This document shows, piece by piece, positions 51,263 to 63,735 of a DNA stretch of 64,000 bases. The notes beneath the pieces are model-generated. The model was not told the origin of the DNA, ran no database searches, and worked only from the letters and a program-made list of their open reading frames with translations. The translations under genes were made by a program, and so were the position numbers. This DNA comes from Isurus oxyrinchus (taxonomy: Eukaryota): contig JANJGN010000012.1 in the NCBI GenBank assembly GCA_026770705.1, positions 22,382,001 through 22,446,000 of the forward strand, read 5' to 3'. How positions within the stretch are numbered: the stretch's first letter is position 1; every line of letters begins with the position of its first letter.

Positions 51263-53546
51263 AATGAAGTCTAAATCAGGGTTACACTGCATGTATATGA
51301 ATGCACAGAGTATAGTAAATAAGATTGGTGAGTTACAGGCGCAGATTGCCATGTGGAAATATGATGTGGGGGTAACAGAGACCTGGTTCATGAAAGGGCA
51401 GGATTGGGTATTACATATTCCTGGGTACAAGGTGTTCAGGAAAGATAGGGCAAGAAGAAAAGTAGGTGGGGTGGCTGTATTGGTTAAGGAGAGCATTGCA
51501 GTGCTGGAGAAAGAGGACGTCCCAGAGGGTTCAAGGACAGAATCAATTTAGCTAGAGCTAAGGAACAAAAGGCTGTAATTACATTGCTCAGTGCAGTCCA
51601 TAGGCCACCAGCTAGTAGGAAGGATGTAGAGGATGTAGCTGAACAATGGGCTACCTTCAAAAAAGAAATGGCTCGGGTACAGTCAAGGTATATTCCCTCA
51701 AAAGGGAAAGGTTGGGCAAACAAATCCAGAGCCCCTTGGATGACAAAAGAGTTAGAAATTAAGATAAAGAAGCAAAAGTGCCTCTGACAGGTGTCAGGGA
51801 GAAAATGCAATTGAGAACTAAGAGGAATATAGAAGGTTCAGAGGAGAGGTGAAGAAGCAAATAAGAGATATAAGAGAAGTGAAGAGAGAGTTAGAGATAA
51901 GGCTGGCAGCCAACATAAAGTGGAATCACAAAGTCTTCTGTAGGCATGTAAATAGAAAAAGGGTGGTAAAAGGAGTGGGACCAATTAGGGACCAAAAAGG
52001 GAATTTACACATGGATTTACACATGAATACTTTGCATCTGTCTTTACCAAGAAAGCAGATGCTACCCAGGCCATGGTGACAGACAAGGAAACTCTGTCAC
52101 TAGAAGAGTTCAAAATTGATAGGCAGGAGGTTTTGGATGAACTGTCGGTACTTAAAGTTGACAAGGCACCAGGACCGGATGCATCCAAGGATATTGAAGG
52201 AAGTGAGGGTGGAAATTGAAGGGGCACTGACCATAATCTTTCAGTCTTCTCTAGACTCAGGGGAGATGCCAGAGGACTGGAGCATTGTAAACATTATGCC
52301 TTTGTTCAAAAAAAGGTCATAAGGATAAGCCCAGCAATTACAGACCAGTCAGTTAAACTTTGGTGGTGGGGAAGCCCCTAGAAATAATTATTCAGGATAT
52401 AATTAATAGTCACATGCAAAAATGTGATTTGATTAGGAAGAGCCAGCATGGATTTCTTAAGGGAAAATTGTGTTTAACTAACTTTTTTTGAAGAGGTAAC
52501 AGACACGGTTGATAAGGGTAATGCTGTTGATCTGGTGTACATGGACTTCCAAAAGGCATTCGATACAGTGCCACACAACGGACTTGTGAGAAAAGTTATA
52601 GCCCATGGAATAAAAGGGACAGTAGCAACATGGATACAAAATTGGCTGAGTAATAGGAGACAGCGAGTGATGGTTAATGGACATTATTCGGGTTGAAAGA
52701 AGGTTTGTGGTGGAGTACCCCAGAGACCCTTGCTTTTCCTGATATATATTTAATGATCTAGAGCTTGGTGCACAGGGAACAATTTCAAAGTTTGCAGATG
52801 ATATGAAATTTAGAAGTATTGCAAACTGTGAGGACAGTTTAAAACTTCAAAAGGACATAGACAAGTTGGTGGAGTGGGCAGATAGGTGGCAGATGAAATT
52901 CAATGCAGAGAAATGAGGTGGTTCATTCCGGTGGGAAGAACATGGAGTGACAATATAAAATAAAGGGCACAACTCTAAAGGGTGTGCAGGAGCAGAGGGA
53001 TCTGGGGGTATACGTGCATAAGCCATTCAAGGTGGCAGTACAGGTGGAGAGAGCAGTTAATAAAGCGTACTAGACTTTATTAACAGGGGCAGTGAGAATA
53101 AGAGCAAGGAGGTTATGCTGAACTTGTATAGGACACTAGTTACACCTCAGCTGAAGTATTGTATACAGTTCCGGGCACCACACTTTAGAAAAGACGTGAA
53201 TGCTTTGGAGAGAGTGCAAAAGAGGTTTACAAAAATGGTGCCAGGGATGAGAAACTTCAGTTATGAAGATAGGTTGGAGAGGTTGGGACTGTTCTCCTTG
53301 GAGAGGAGAAGGCTAAGAGGTGATTTGATCGAGGTGTTCAACAACATGAGAGTACTGAACAGAGTAAGTAGGGAGAAACTGTTCCCGCTCGTAAAAGGAT
53401 TGAGAATGAGAGAGCACTCATTTAAAGTGATTTGCAAAAGAAGCAAACGTGATGTGGTTCAGGTCTGCAATGCACTGCCTGGAAATGTGGTGGAGGCAGG
53501 TTCAGTCAAGGCATTCAAGAGGGCATTAGGTGATTATTTAAATTGA
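51263..53546 (+). pseudogene. CR1 ORF2 (APE endonuclease + reverse transcriptase), disrupted and internally deleted
   Basis: Y.NA.SIVNK, VTETW, FRKDR...GGVA.LVK, YMDFQKAFDTVPH, FADD and LERVQKRFTKM motifs. Confidence 0.9.
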
Positions 53547-54079
53547 AACAATGCGCAGGGTTACGGGGAAAAAGCAGGAGATTGGCACTGAGTCATAGTG
53601 CTCATTTGGAGAGCCGGTGCAGACACAATGGGCCAAATGGCCTCCTTCTGCACCTTATCAATTCTGTGATTCTTGTATGCCAATCTCCTTGTAATAAAGG
53701 CCAACATGCTATTTGCCTTCTTAATTGCTTGCTGCACCTACATACTAACTTTCTGTGTTCCTTGTATAAGTACATCCAAGTCTTTATGAACATCAACACT
53801 TATAAGTTTCACACCTTTTAAAAAATATTCAGCTTTTCTATCTTACGATCAAAGTGAATAACTTCACACTTCCCCACATTATACTCCAGCTCGTTGCCCA
53901 CTCACTTACCCTGTCTATATCTCTTTGCAGCCTCTCTGTGTTCCCCGCCCCCACCCCCCCGCCCCCCCGCCCCCCCCAACAGCTTACCTTTCCACCTGGC
54001 TTGGTATCATCAACAAACTTCAATACCTTACTCTGAAGTTCATTTTCCATGCAGAGAGAGACAGAAAGATAAAGATGGA

Positions 54080-54828
54080 GGGTGGAATCTTCTACTCTGG
54101 CTGGTGGCGAGATTGGAATCAGGAAGGGCATGTAATTAAGTGGGATGGTGATGTACCAGAACTCCGCGGCCTTCCTGCCTCCACCAGGATTGCTCTGGGT
54201 GGGAGGGCCAATGTCTGACCTTCCTGCCCCACAGCCTCTTGAGGCCCTGAAGTGACCAATTAATGAGAACTTAAGAGTCTTATGTCGTCACTACTGGTAT
54301 TAACCCGGCTGCGGGTGGGCCTGTTACCATCCAGCATGCACGGCAGTTAAAACCGTACGGCCAGCTTGTCACCTCTGGGGATGCCAGGTTGAGAGATTAG
54401 GCATTGGGATGGCGGTGGGGTGGCGCTGAGAGCCATCCTTCTGCCCTTGCTGCCAGTCCCCAACCCACGAAACCACCACCCTCCCCCACAACCCATATAG
54501 GTCGCTCAGTGATCCTGGGATGCCGATGCCTGTCTTTCTGGCGGCAGCCACAACCTCCCCAGTGGCGCTGCTGAGCACAAGAATTGCCAGCCTCTGATTG
54601 GCCGGTTGTTCTCAGTAGGCAAGACATTCCCCCACCCCACCCCACCACCCCGCCCCCCCCACCCCGCCCCAGGTCTTGATTGCAGGGATGGCCCACCACT
54701 GGCCTCGCCACTGCCTGATTGGTTTGTGGCTTGGGGGGCCTTCCAGGAAAGAAGCAGCGCAGGTGTCTCGCCATCTCCCCAGCTGGCAGGTGAGACCCCC
54801 CGCCCAATGCCACAGCAAGATTCTGCCC
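54080..54828. mobile_element. Harbinger-type MITE
   Basis: TIRs gggtggaatctt / aagattctgccc. Confidence 0.7.
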
Positions 54829-54837
54829 AGAGAGACA

Positions 54838-54947
54838 GGCCAGAATATTCCAGTGCCTTCGCAGCAGGTTTTCTCCCATTGAAATCTCCATTCACATCGG
54901 CAGGACCGGAAGATTCTGTGAGCATGAGGGGCTGGAAAATTCCAGCC
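54838..54947. mobile_element. 110-bp Harbinger-type mini-MITE
   Basis: TIRs ggccagaatattccag / ctggaaaattccagcc. Confidence 0.65.
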
Positions 54948-55589
54948 TTAGAGATAGAGGGGAAGAGACAGATTCACTGACCGAGCCACAGGAATATTGC
55001 AGCCACTGAATCCATCCTGAATCACCAATAACTGGAGCAGATTTCCCATTCTGGGTGAAAGAGAGAGAGAGAGAGTGAGAGGCAGGGAGTGCAAAGAGCT
55101 GGCTAATGATTTACTAAACCGACTGTGGTGATTTAATTTTCACTGCAGCCCTGTTGAACCCCCAGGGTCCTTAAGTAATTTCTGTGCTAAATTGAAATCA
55201 GTCTGACTTTCTCCTGCTCCATTCTCTGAACAGCAGAATATGCAAACCCACCAGCTGGGGCACACTGCCAGGGAGTTGGCACCGAACCCAAGGAAGAGAG
55301 GCCGATGGCTGATCCAGAGTGAAAAGAGCATCCAACACTGAATTATTTTGTTCGCTCAAAGTGTGAGCCCTGGCTTCAGTGGTGAGAAATCTATCAATCT
55401 CGGTTTTGAAATGTTCAATTGATTCCCCCAGACTCAGCAGCTTTTTGCTGGAAAGAGTCCCTAGTTTCCACTCCCCTTTGTGTAAAGAAGGAGCAGAGAC
55501 TGAAACGTGTTTGGACTTTAACGCACAATGCAGGGAGGGAGAGCACAGGAAAAGAATCACGTGGGACGATGTTTTCAAGAGGTTAGGAG

Positions 55590-56465
55590 GGCCCAGAGAG
55601 GAAACTGCCCATCACACAAGTACCAGGTCAATGACCATCTCCAGCAAGAAAGAATCTAACCATCTCCTCTTGACATTCAATGGCATTACTATCACTGAAT
55701 CACCCACTATCAACATTCTAGGGATTACCATTGACCAGAAATGTAATTGAACCAGCTATGTAAATGCTGTGGGTACAGGAGCAGGTTATAACATGGAATT
55801 TCTTTTATTTTTTTTTATGTGAGGTTGTAGTCGCTGGTAAGGCCAGCATTTGTTGCCCATCCCTAATGCCCCTTCAGAAGGTGTAATGAAGGTTCTGTGG
55901 CGAGTAACCCACCTCCTGATTCCCCAAAGCCTGTCCACCATCTACAAGGCACAGGTCAGGAGTGTGATAGAATACTCTCCACTTGCCTGGCTGAGTGCAG
56001 CTCCAACAACATTCAAGAAGCTCAACACCATCCAGGACAAAGTAGCCCGCTTGACTGACACCCCATCCTTCACATTAAACTTCACCCCCTCCAACACCAG
56101 TACACAGTGTCAGCAGTGTGTACCATCTACAAGATGCACTGCAGCAACTCGCCAAACCTCCTTCAGAGCAGCTTCCAAACTCACAAGCTCTACCACCTAG
56201 AAGGACAAGGGCAGAGAACACATGGGAACACCACAACCTGCAAGTTCTCTTCCAATCAACACACCATCCTGACTTGGAACTATATCACCCTTCTTTCACT
56301 GTCACTGGGTCAAAATCCTGGAACTCCCTCTCTAACTCTGTAGTGAAGGTTCTGTGTACCTACACCACATAGACTGCAGCAATTCAAGAAGTGGGTTCAC
56401 CACCACCTTCTCAAGGGAAATTAGGGATTGTCAACAAATGCCGGCCACATCCATGAATGAATTAA
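55590..56465 (+). mobile_element. Zenon-like LINE 3' fragment with an inverted tail insert (~55800-55885)
   Basis: ITESPTINILGITIDQK and IYKAQVRSVIEYSPLAW motifs. Confidence 0.8.
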
Positions 56466-56759
56466 AAACAGAGTCAGGCCAAAAAGATAAAACAGGGGAA
56501 CTTTGGACCTAGGAATTGTGGAAAGATTGGTTGATCATGCAACAACTTCCCTGTTAATCAGGAGTATGGGTTCAAAGCCCACTCCTGAGTCTTGAGCACA
56601 GCCCAACACATCAGTGTAGTATTGGGAGTGATGTACTATCAGAAATTCCACCTTTCTAATGAGATGTTAAACCTAGACTTTGTATGCCCCTTGAGGTGGA
56701 CATCAGGGATCCCACAGCCAATATTTAGGAGAAGAACAGGGCTGTTCTCAGATCAGCCA

Positions 56760-57010
56760 TGCTGGTTTGGGGCTGGAGGTAGATATAGGTCCAGACCAGG
56801 TAAGGAAACATTACCTTCCGTATAGAGTATTAGTGAGCAATTGGGTTTTTCCAACAATCTAACAGCTCCATGGTCACTCTTTCTAATTCTGGCTTTTTAA
56901 TTCCAGAGTTTTTAAACTGAATTCAAATTCTCAAACTGCCATGGTGTGATTTAAGTTCTTGTTCTTCTGGATTATTAGTCCAGGAACACAACCACATAAA
57001 CCACAGGACA
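56760..57010 (-). mobile_element. Second SINE family fragment
   Basis: 'ccagaccaggtaagg...tgaattcaaattctcaaactgccatggtg', as at 44708-45058. Confidence 0.6.
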
Positions 57011-57348
57011 CTGACTGAAAACCCTGGCCTCCAGGGAGAACAGGTTAAAATAAGAGAGGAACTGTTCACTGGTGGTGGGTCCGTAACCAGACGACACAGA
57101 GTTAAGGTAAAGGACCAGAGGGGTGGATGAGTTTTTTTAATGCAGTGAGCCATTGAGACCTATCTGAAAGGACAGTGGAAGCAGATTCAATAGTAACTTT
57201 TAAATTGGATAAATATTTGAAGGGTAAAAGCTTGCAGGGCTATGGGGAAAGAGCAGGGGAGTGGCACTAATTGTTTAGCTTTTTCAAAGAGCCAGCATGT
57301 GCACAATGGGCTGAATGGTCTCCTTCTGTGCTGTATGGTTGATGATAC

Positions 57349-58481
57349 TGTTCTGAATATCTAGTTGATAATTCATAATGTTATAACTTCTAGTTTTAGA
57401 AATTAAAATTCTAACTGCGAAAAACATGGGCATCTGATTGAGAAATTGATAAGCAACCTTGAAGTAAATGCCATTCAAACAAGCGTGAATTAATTACAGT
57501 TAAAAGCTAACTTTGTTTGTCTTGCAAGGTCAGAGTTGCTAGTGAAATAACTTCAAAAATGAATGAGCTATCCCTAAGTTTGTGGTGGAGCTGGTGAGTC
57601 TGGAGAAAGTCATAAATCTCCATTAACAATATAAATTATTCACATAGGTTGCAGAATTAAAGAGTTGTGTTGAATGTAAAATAATTCATTTGCATTTCCA
57701 TTTGAATCAGCCCAAAGCGTGCCATGTTACCACAGAGACTGTTTTTCAGGGTGAAGTCTTGGTTAGAAGGTTCCTTTGCTTAATTTATCTATGCGTTTGC
57801 TGATAGAAGCAAGCAGTTCAGTTCACTTTGGGTTTTGTGAGGGTAAAGTAGCTGGAAGATTTGGTCTAGCTTGCAGCTGGTGGAAGAAATCTATGGTGGT
57901 CCTCAGAGCCTTGTGGCGTAAAACAGTCAGCTTGAATAGTTAGCTTGGAATGAGCTATACAGAAGCTGTGGGAGAAAACTGGGCAAAAAACAGTCTATGT
58001 ACATCCAAAACCAGGCAAGGAGCTGAGGAGTCCATAATCATGAGGTCTGTAAAGAAAATTGGAAGGTAACTTAGCCAAAAGCTAATAGAAGGATCCCCAT
58101 GTAATTCATACCTCTGGAAATAGCTGGAATACTAAGAAGAATTAAAGTAAATTCTGGAGGGCTGTGGCATACCTTTTGTGTTAATCCCATGAAATGTGAA
58201 TAAACCTTCAAGATTTCGTAAGATAAGGGAACACTTGTGGGCGGGCGGTGAGGGGGGGCGGTGCAGGGAGCGTGAATAAAATGTAAAACTGAGTTTCTAG
58301 CATAAATCTTTATAAACTATAGTATAACATTAGTAGTGCTTGCTTTGTTCATTTTTTTATATATATCCAATAAGGTTTTTTGTGTAAAAGCATGAAATGT
58401 TGTGGAGTAATTCTGTCAGTTAATTGCTGGGTGTTTGGATTTCTTCTTTAAACGTTAACAGCCCCTAACAGGATCATAACA
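57349..58481 (+). mobile_element. Solo LTR (Gypsy-type), 1133 bp, 4-bp TSD ATAC
   Basis: Ends TGTTCTGA...TCATAACA (7/8 inverted match); ATAC at 57345-57348 and 58482-58485. Strand is tentative. Confidence 0.75.
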
Positions 58482-58749
58482 ATACAATGAATTGGTCTAG
58501 CCTTATATTTTAATTCCCTGAGGGAACTCACTGCAGAAACTCACAGCTCCCTTTGTCAATATATATCAGGGACTGACAGCTTCAAAAAGATTGCCTCTGC
58601 CTCTGAATATTGAAGGGGAGCTCACACTGCGTATTTACGTTGTGCCTTAAACCAAGAAAGATGCCTGAATCTATAGGAACCTACGCATCCACCTGAGAGG
58701 ACTTTGCTTAATGTCTCATCCAAAAGTCAGATTGTTGGACATAAGTACA

Positions 58750-59165
58750 TTCTGGGGCTCTTTTCTCTAAGAAAGGGAAGGATGAGGGGGTGACCTGATA
58801 AACGTATTTAAAATTATAAAAGGTTCGGATGGGTAGACGTAGAGAAGTTGTTTTCACCTGTGGGGGAGACCAAAACTAGGAGTCGTAAATATAAGATAGT
58901 CACTAATAAATCCAACAGGGAATTCAGGAGAAAATTTTTAACCCTGCAGATAGTGGTGAGAATGTGGAGCTTGCTACCACAGGGAGTGGTTGGGTTGACT
59001 AGTATTGATGTATTTAAGGTGAAGCTAGATAAATACATGAAGGAGAAAAGAATAGAAGGTAATGCTGATAGGGTGAGATGAAAGGGAGGAGCAGGTGAAG
59101 AGGCATGTATAGAGCATTAACACAAGCATAGACCTGAAGAATGGCCTGTTTCTGTGCTGTACATT
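58750..59165 (+). mobile_element. CR1 3' fragment
   Basis: VVRMWS.LP..VV....I..FK.KLDKYM motif. Confidence 0.8.
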
Positions 59166-59659
59166 CCATGTAATACCAGCCTTGTTTATTGGTTAATCAT
59201 ATTAGATCTAAAAGTGAAGCTCCGATTTACTCTTTTAAAATTATTTTCTGCCCAGTATTTATGGGAGTCCAAAATTAATATTATTCCTTGGCATGCTTCT
59301 CAACTTCCACTCCTAGTCTTTGAATTTCAAGAACCCTTGATAACTTCAGATCAATTTCAATTCCACCAGCCTCCCTGATTTCTTAAATTTGATTTCTTTC
59401 AGCTGCCTCTCCCAAGATTTGGCATCAAATTGAAAGTTTCTTGGCTCCAGTGTTCCATGTCTCTAATATAATTTCTTCATCCAGTGGCCCCACCACTCTC
59501 TGTCCCCTTGTCCTATTTTTCAAGGTGTGTTGCTGAGAATGCAGTCGCCTTGCCCAGTGCTGATGCTTTGCTCACTTGTGAGGATCCAGGATAAAGCTAA
59601 GGTAGATAACAACAACTTAACCCAAACGCATCTCACTTTTAAAGACAGGACGCGCACTG

Positions 59660-60177
59660 AGATAGCGCCTTTCACAACCTCAGGATGTCCCAAAGCACTT
59701 TATAGCCAATGAGGGGCTTTCTTTGAAGCGTAGTTACTCTCGTAACATAGGTAAACGCAGCAGCCAATTTGCTTGTAGCAAACCCCCATAAACAGCAATG
59801 ATAATCAGCCAATCTTTTTTTTAAGTGATTTTAGCTGTAGGATAAATACTGACCAGGTGACATGGGATCCTTTATGTCTACTTGGGAGGGTAGTCGGACC
59901 TCAATTTGGCATAACTGTGACAGTTTTAATTGCGTCAAGGGAATTCAGTGTCAGATTCTGGGTATAAGGGGCAGCCGATTTAACATCACACTTCGCCCCT
60001 AACACAAACTTCTATCCCAACTTCTCATCTGAAAGATGGCACCTCTGACAGTGCAGCATTCTTTCAATGTTGGCACTGGGAGCGTCAGCCTGAATTTTAC
60101 GCTCAATTTTCTGGACCGGATCTCCAAAGCCATGAACCTTTGACTCAGAAGGAAGCATACCACCCACTGAGCCACCA
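59660..60177 (-). mobile_element. Deu-domain SINE with internal insert
   Basis: Tail at 59660; core and head 'ctcatctgaaagatggcacctctgacagtgcagc...cccactgagcc'. Confidence 0.75.
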
Positions 60178-60691
60178 CTGACACATTCACGAAGAGCAGC
60201 CGCTGACGGAGCAGTCGACGAAAAATCAAAATCAGAGTAGTTAGGTGACACTAAGTTACTTTAATGGCCCATAGATTGTACATGGGTGAGGGACTGAGGA
60301 GCAGGAGAAGCTCCATAGTTTTGCGGTTAGACTAAAAAATAAACTGAAGTAGGAACTAAGGAACAGGAGTAGGTCATTCAGTCCCTTGAGCATGTTCCAT
60401 CATTTAATTAGATCATGACTGATCTATACCTTAACTCCATCTACTCGCCTAGCTCCTGTAACCCTTAATATCCTTGCCGAACAAAAATCTATCACAGTCA
60501 GTTTTGAAATTTTCAGATTAATTTAAGTTCTCAACAAAGGTTTGGGGAGAGAGTTGCAGGTTTTCCATTCCCCTTTTTGTGAATAAGTGCTTCCTGATAT
60601 CACCCCTGAATGGCCTGATTATATCCCTTGTCCTGGACTTCATTCACCAGAAGAAATAGTTTCTCTCTACTTAGTTAACTCTTTTAATCAT

Positions 60692-61829
60692 ATGGTTGTT
60701 TAGTAATAAAGAACTTGAGTATTGCTGAAAAAAAGAGTCTTTTTGTCTTGTACTCATCAGGATGAATCTCAAGAAAATACCAATGTCAGGGGAAACAACA
60801 TATTTATGCTGTATGAGAAGAGAGTGCTGATTGGTTGGCAATTAGTAAAGATGTTGCCATGGAGAGTGCACTAGCAGATGGTGACTGACAGTTAACTGCC
60901 AAGGGTTAATTAAAATTTAAACCTTGACATTAATTTGTTAAGACATTGCCCTAGGGAATTAACCAGCGAATGGCTGTCACTTATTTTGTTTAGCTGAAAC
61001 AGGCGCAATGCAAATTCTGTCTGCAAAGAACAGGGCCCAGTTTATTAATATATGTAGCTTGTACATAAATGCACTTAAATACACCACACTGCAAGCCCAA
61101 CTAACAATCTTAAATTGGCTGTCAGCGTAATTCTTAGCACACTGAGGATTATTTAGCAAATGTTGTCCAATCGCGAATCACAACTAATGTTGGACACTGT
61201 TTTGAGTTTTGCAATCATGGGCTGGTTGGTGTTGGCCTGTATGCTGCCCATCGCAAACAGCAGAAGGGACATGTTGTTTGATAAGATCCACCAGTCTTTG
61301 GGCCTGCATACCTAGCATCACATTGGCACTGAAATTCATATACCACATCACTCATTTGTGTGATAGGCAGAAGGTCTGTTTGGCTTGACGGCAGCATCCT
61401 GTTAATAGCAAATACCACTCGTGTTGCTGCTACATTGTAACAGCGTGAAACAGCTAGCTTCACCTGTTGTTCAAATTTTTGAGATGCCTTGCCCTTCCAG
61501 GGTAATCGGAGGTAGACTGGGCACTTTTTAGGGCAAAAAAGGATGGCCCTTGGGCCCTTTCATGAGGCTGCGTGAGATACAGTGTGAAATGATCTGATCA
61601 GGGTAGCCATTATCCTACAGGATGTCTTTGATATGCCCTATTTCAGCATCAAGCTTGCGTGGTGAGTAAATGGCTCAGGCCCTATTTAGAGTCCACTTGC
61701 CAACGAATCAGCACTCTCTTCTCATCTCGTATAAATATTCTGTTTCCCACGACATTGGTATTTTCTTCCAAATTGTTCTGATGAGTGCATGATGAAAGGC
61801 TTCAACAAAAAATCTCTTTTCTCAACATT
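60692..61829 (-). mobile_element. Penelope-like element with short inverted terminal copy
   Basis: VVYEFQCQCDARY.G GIY-YIG-like motif; LNNPQCAKNY; ~61689-61829 is an inverted copy of the left end; imperfect TSD cttttaatcat / ccttcaatcat. Confidence 0.82.
61773..61808 (+). ncRNA. Minimal type I hammerhead ribozyme motif (Penelope pLTR)
   Basis: UUGUU-CUGAUGA-GUGCAUGAU-GAAA-GGCU-UC-AACAA: perfect 5-bp stem I, intact core, UC cleavage site, weak stem II. Confidence 0.7.
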
Positions 61830-62351
61830 CCTTCAATCATCTTAAACACCTCAGTTAAATCACCCCCTAACCTCTAAACTCAAGGGAATACAAGACCAGT
61901 TAATGCAACGGCCTTTTATCTGGAATTTCACCATTTGCAGTATTAGGAGCACTGGAACAGGAGGAGGCCATTCAGCCCTTTGATATGTTCTACATCCAAA
62001 TAGATCATGGCTCATCTGGAGCTTAACTCCATCCATCTGCCTTAGTTCCATATTCCTTAATACCCTTTCCAAACAATAATATATCACTCTTTTCGCTGCC
62101 CAAAGTGCAATCTCCCCAACACTAGGAAGATTAAACACAAATTGGGTGAACACTTTGCTGAAAGCCTCTATTCAGTCCACAAGCATGACCCTAGGCTTCT
62201 GATCACCCGTCATTTTAATTCTCTGCACCACTCCCACTTCGACCTTGCTGTCTGCAGCCTCCTTCACTGCTTCAGTGATGTTCGATGGAATCTCAAGGAA
62301 CAGTACTTCATCCTTCAATTAAGCACTTTATAGCCTTTCAGACTCAACACT

Positions 62352-62635
62352 TGTGTATTCGCCAGTTAGTTTTATATTTTATATACCTCAGAGCAATGTA
62401 GAGATGACACTGGTTCTAAGTCTACGACAGATTTATTTACAGTGTTTTAAAATATCTCTTCAATTACAAGATGTCTCCACACATGTTCAGAGCTCTGGCT
62501 TCTCAGGTCTTTTTGGAAGCTTCTGTTTACTTTAACTCTCGAGGCTACATCCAGGCTTAATCAATCAAGCACAGTGAACACAGTCAACAGACTACTATAA
62601 TCAAACACAGATCAATTAAAGTGTTGAACACTACA
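62352..62635 (-). mobile_element. Short solo LTR, 284 bp, 6-bp TSD AACACT
   Basis: TGT...ACA ends; AACACT at 62346-62351 and 62636-62641; AATAAA on the minus strand. Confidence 0.75.
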
Positions 62636-62918
62636 AACACTGAGTTGAATCATTTCAGGTCATAACCTCTGCTTCCATGTTTTTAGACATCAGCTGTTGG
62701 TAATGATTATGCTGCTGCCATTCACACCTCCTCTAGGCCCATCTTTTGTTTCTTTACTTGTCCCAATACCATCTCATTTTGCCTTTCACCATCATTCCCT
62801 TTGTGATTTAATCTCTCCTCCCACCCTAAACAAACCATCCCAAATGTTCTTTCCTCCCCTTCCCACTTTCCCTGCCTCTGGTACTTATTAAAAACCTGTT
62901 ACACCCCTTACATCTTCC

Positions 62919-62955
62919 AGTTCTGGCAAAGGGTCACTGACCTGAAACATTAACT
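62919..62955 (+). ncRNA. Decayed hammerhead motif of the second Penelope family
   Basis: AGUU-CUGGCAA(core mutated)-AGGGUC-ACU-GACCU-GAAACAUU-AACU; stems I and II pair. Confidence 0.5.
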
Positions 62956-63274
62956 CTGTTCCCCACAGATGCTCCCTGACCTGCTGAGTATTCCCAGCAT
63001 CTTCTGTTTTATTTCAAAAATCTATCCAAGTCAGCTTTATAATTTTCAGTTGACCTCCAACTTCAGAAGTTTTTTGTGGGGAGAGAGTTCCTGATGTCCA
63101 CTATCCTTTCCCAAAGAAGTGATGAAGAAGACAGTGACTCAATTCTTCATTTTAACACTGTGCGGTAGGGAAGAGAAAGAAAACACATGGAGCAAGGTGA
63201 ACTGAAGATCAGGAGGAACAAGAGAAGGAAACTCATGTCAGTAAGACAGAGAGACAAGGTGGCAAGAGAGCCCA

Positions 63275-63735
63275 AGAAATAGGGTCAGGAGCAGACCATT
63301 TGGCTCCTCGAGTCTGCTCTGCCATTCAACACAATCATGGCTGATCTTGGGCTTCAGTTCCACTTTCCCACCCAATATCCCTTGATTCCCTGAGAGGTCA
63401 AAAATCCGTCTGTCCCAGTGTCAAGTATATTCAACATTGAGGCATTCAGAACCCTCTAGGGCAGAGAATTCCAAAGATTCACAACCCTCTGAGTGAAGAA
63501 ATTTCTCCTCATCTCAGTTCCCAATGATCGGTCCCTTATCCAGAGACCGTGCCCCCGTGTTTTAGATTCCCCGACCAGCAGAAACAATCTCTCAGCATCT
63601 ACCTTATCAAGCCCCTTCAGAATCTTGTATGGTTCAATGAGGTCATCTCTCATTCTTCTAAACTCCAGAGAACATAGGCCCAATTTACTCAGCCTCTCGT
63701 CATAGGACAACCCCCTCATCCCGGAGACTAATTTA
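63275..63735 (-). mobile_element. CR1 3' fragment
   Basis: GMRGLSYDERLSKLGL.SLEFRRMR.DLIE...FFTQRVVNLWNSLP. Confidence 0.92.

Larger units (their letters stand above)
49515..53675 (+). mobile_element. Near full-length decayed CR1 LINE (5' UTR, ORF1, ORF2, 3' tail)
   Basis: Ordered ORF1, endonuclease and RT motifs; ends in an attctgtg-type tail. Confidence 0.92.
48925..54045 (-). mobile_element. CR1 3' fragment split by the + strand CR1 (pieces 48925-49514 and 53676-54045)
   Basis: SKEVLLQL...[16 protein letters not shown] on the left piece; KFVDDTK and LQRDIDR.SEWA on the right piece. Confidence 0.85.
60350..61925 (-). mobile_element. CR1 3' fragment split by a Penelope-like element
   Basis: CR1 tail at 60350; resumes at ~61830 ('caatcatcttaaacacctc'). 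Confidence 0.75.
62085..63015 (+). mobile_element. Second Penelope-like family, 3' fragment (GIY-YIG region + terminal repeat), split by a solo LTR
   Basis: LGEHFAE.L.SV...RHFNS..H...D...L.EQ..I..L.TL; its terminal repeat matches the fold-back arms. Confidence 0.75.
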
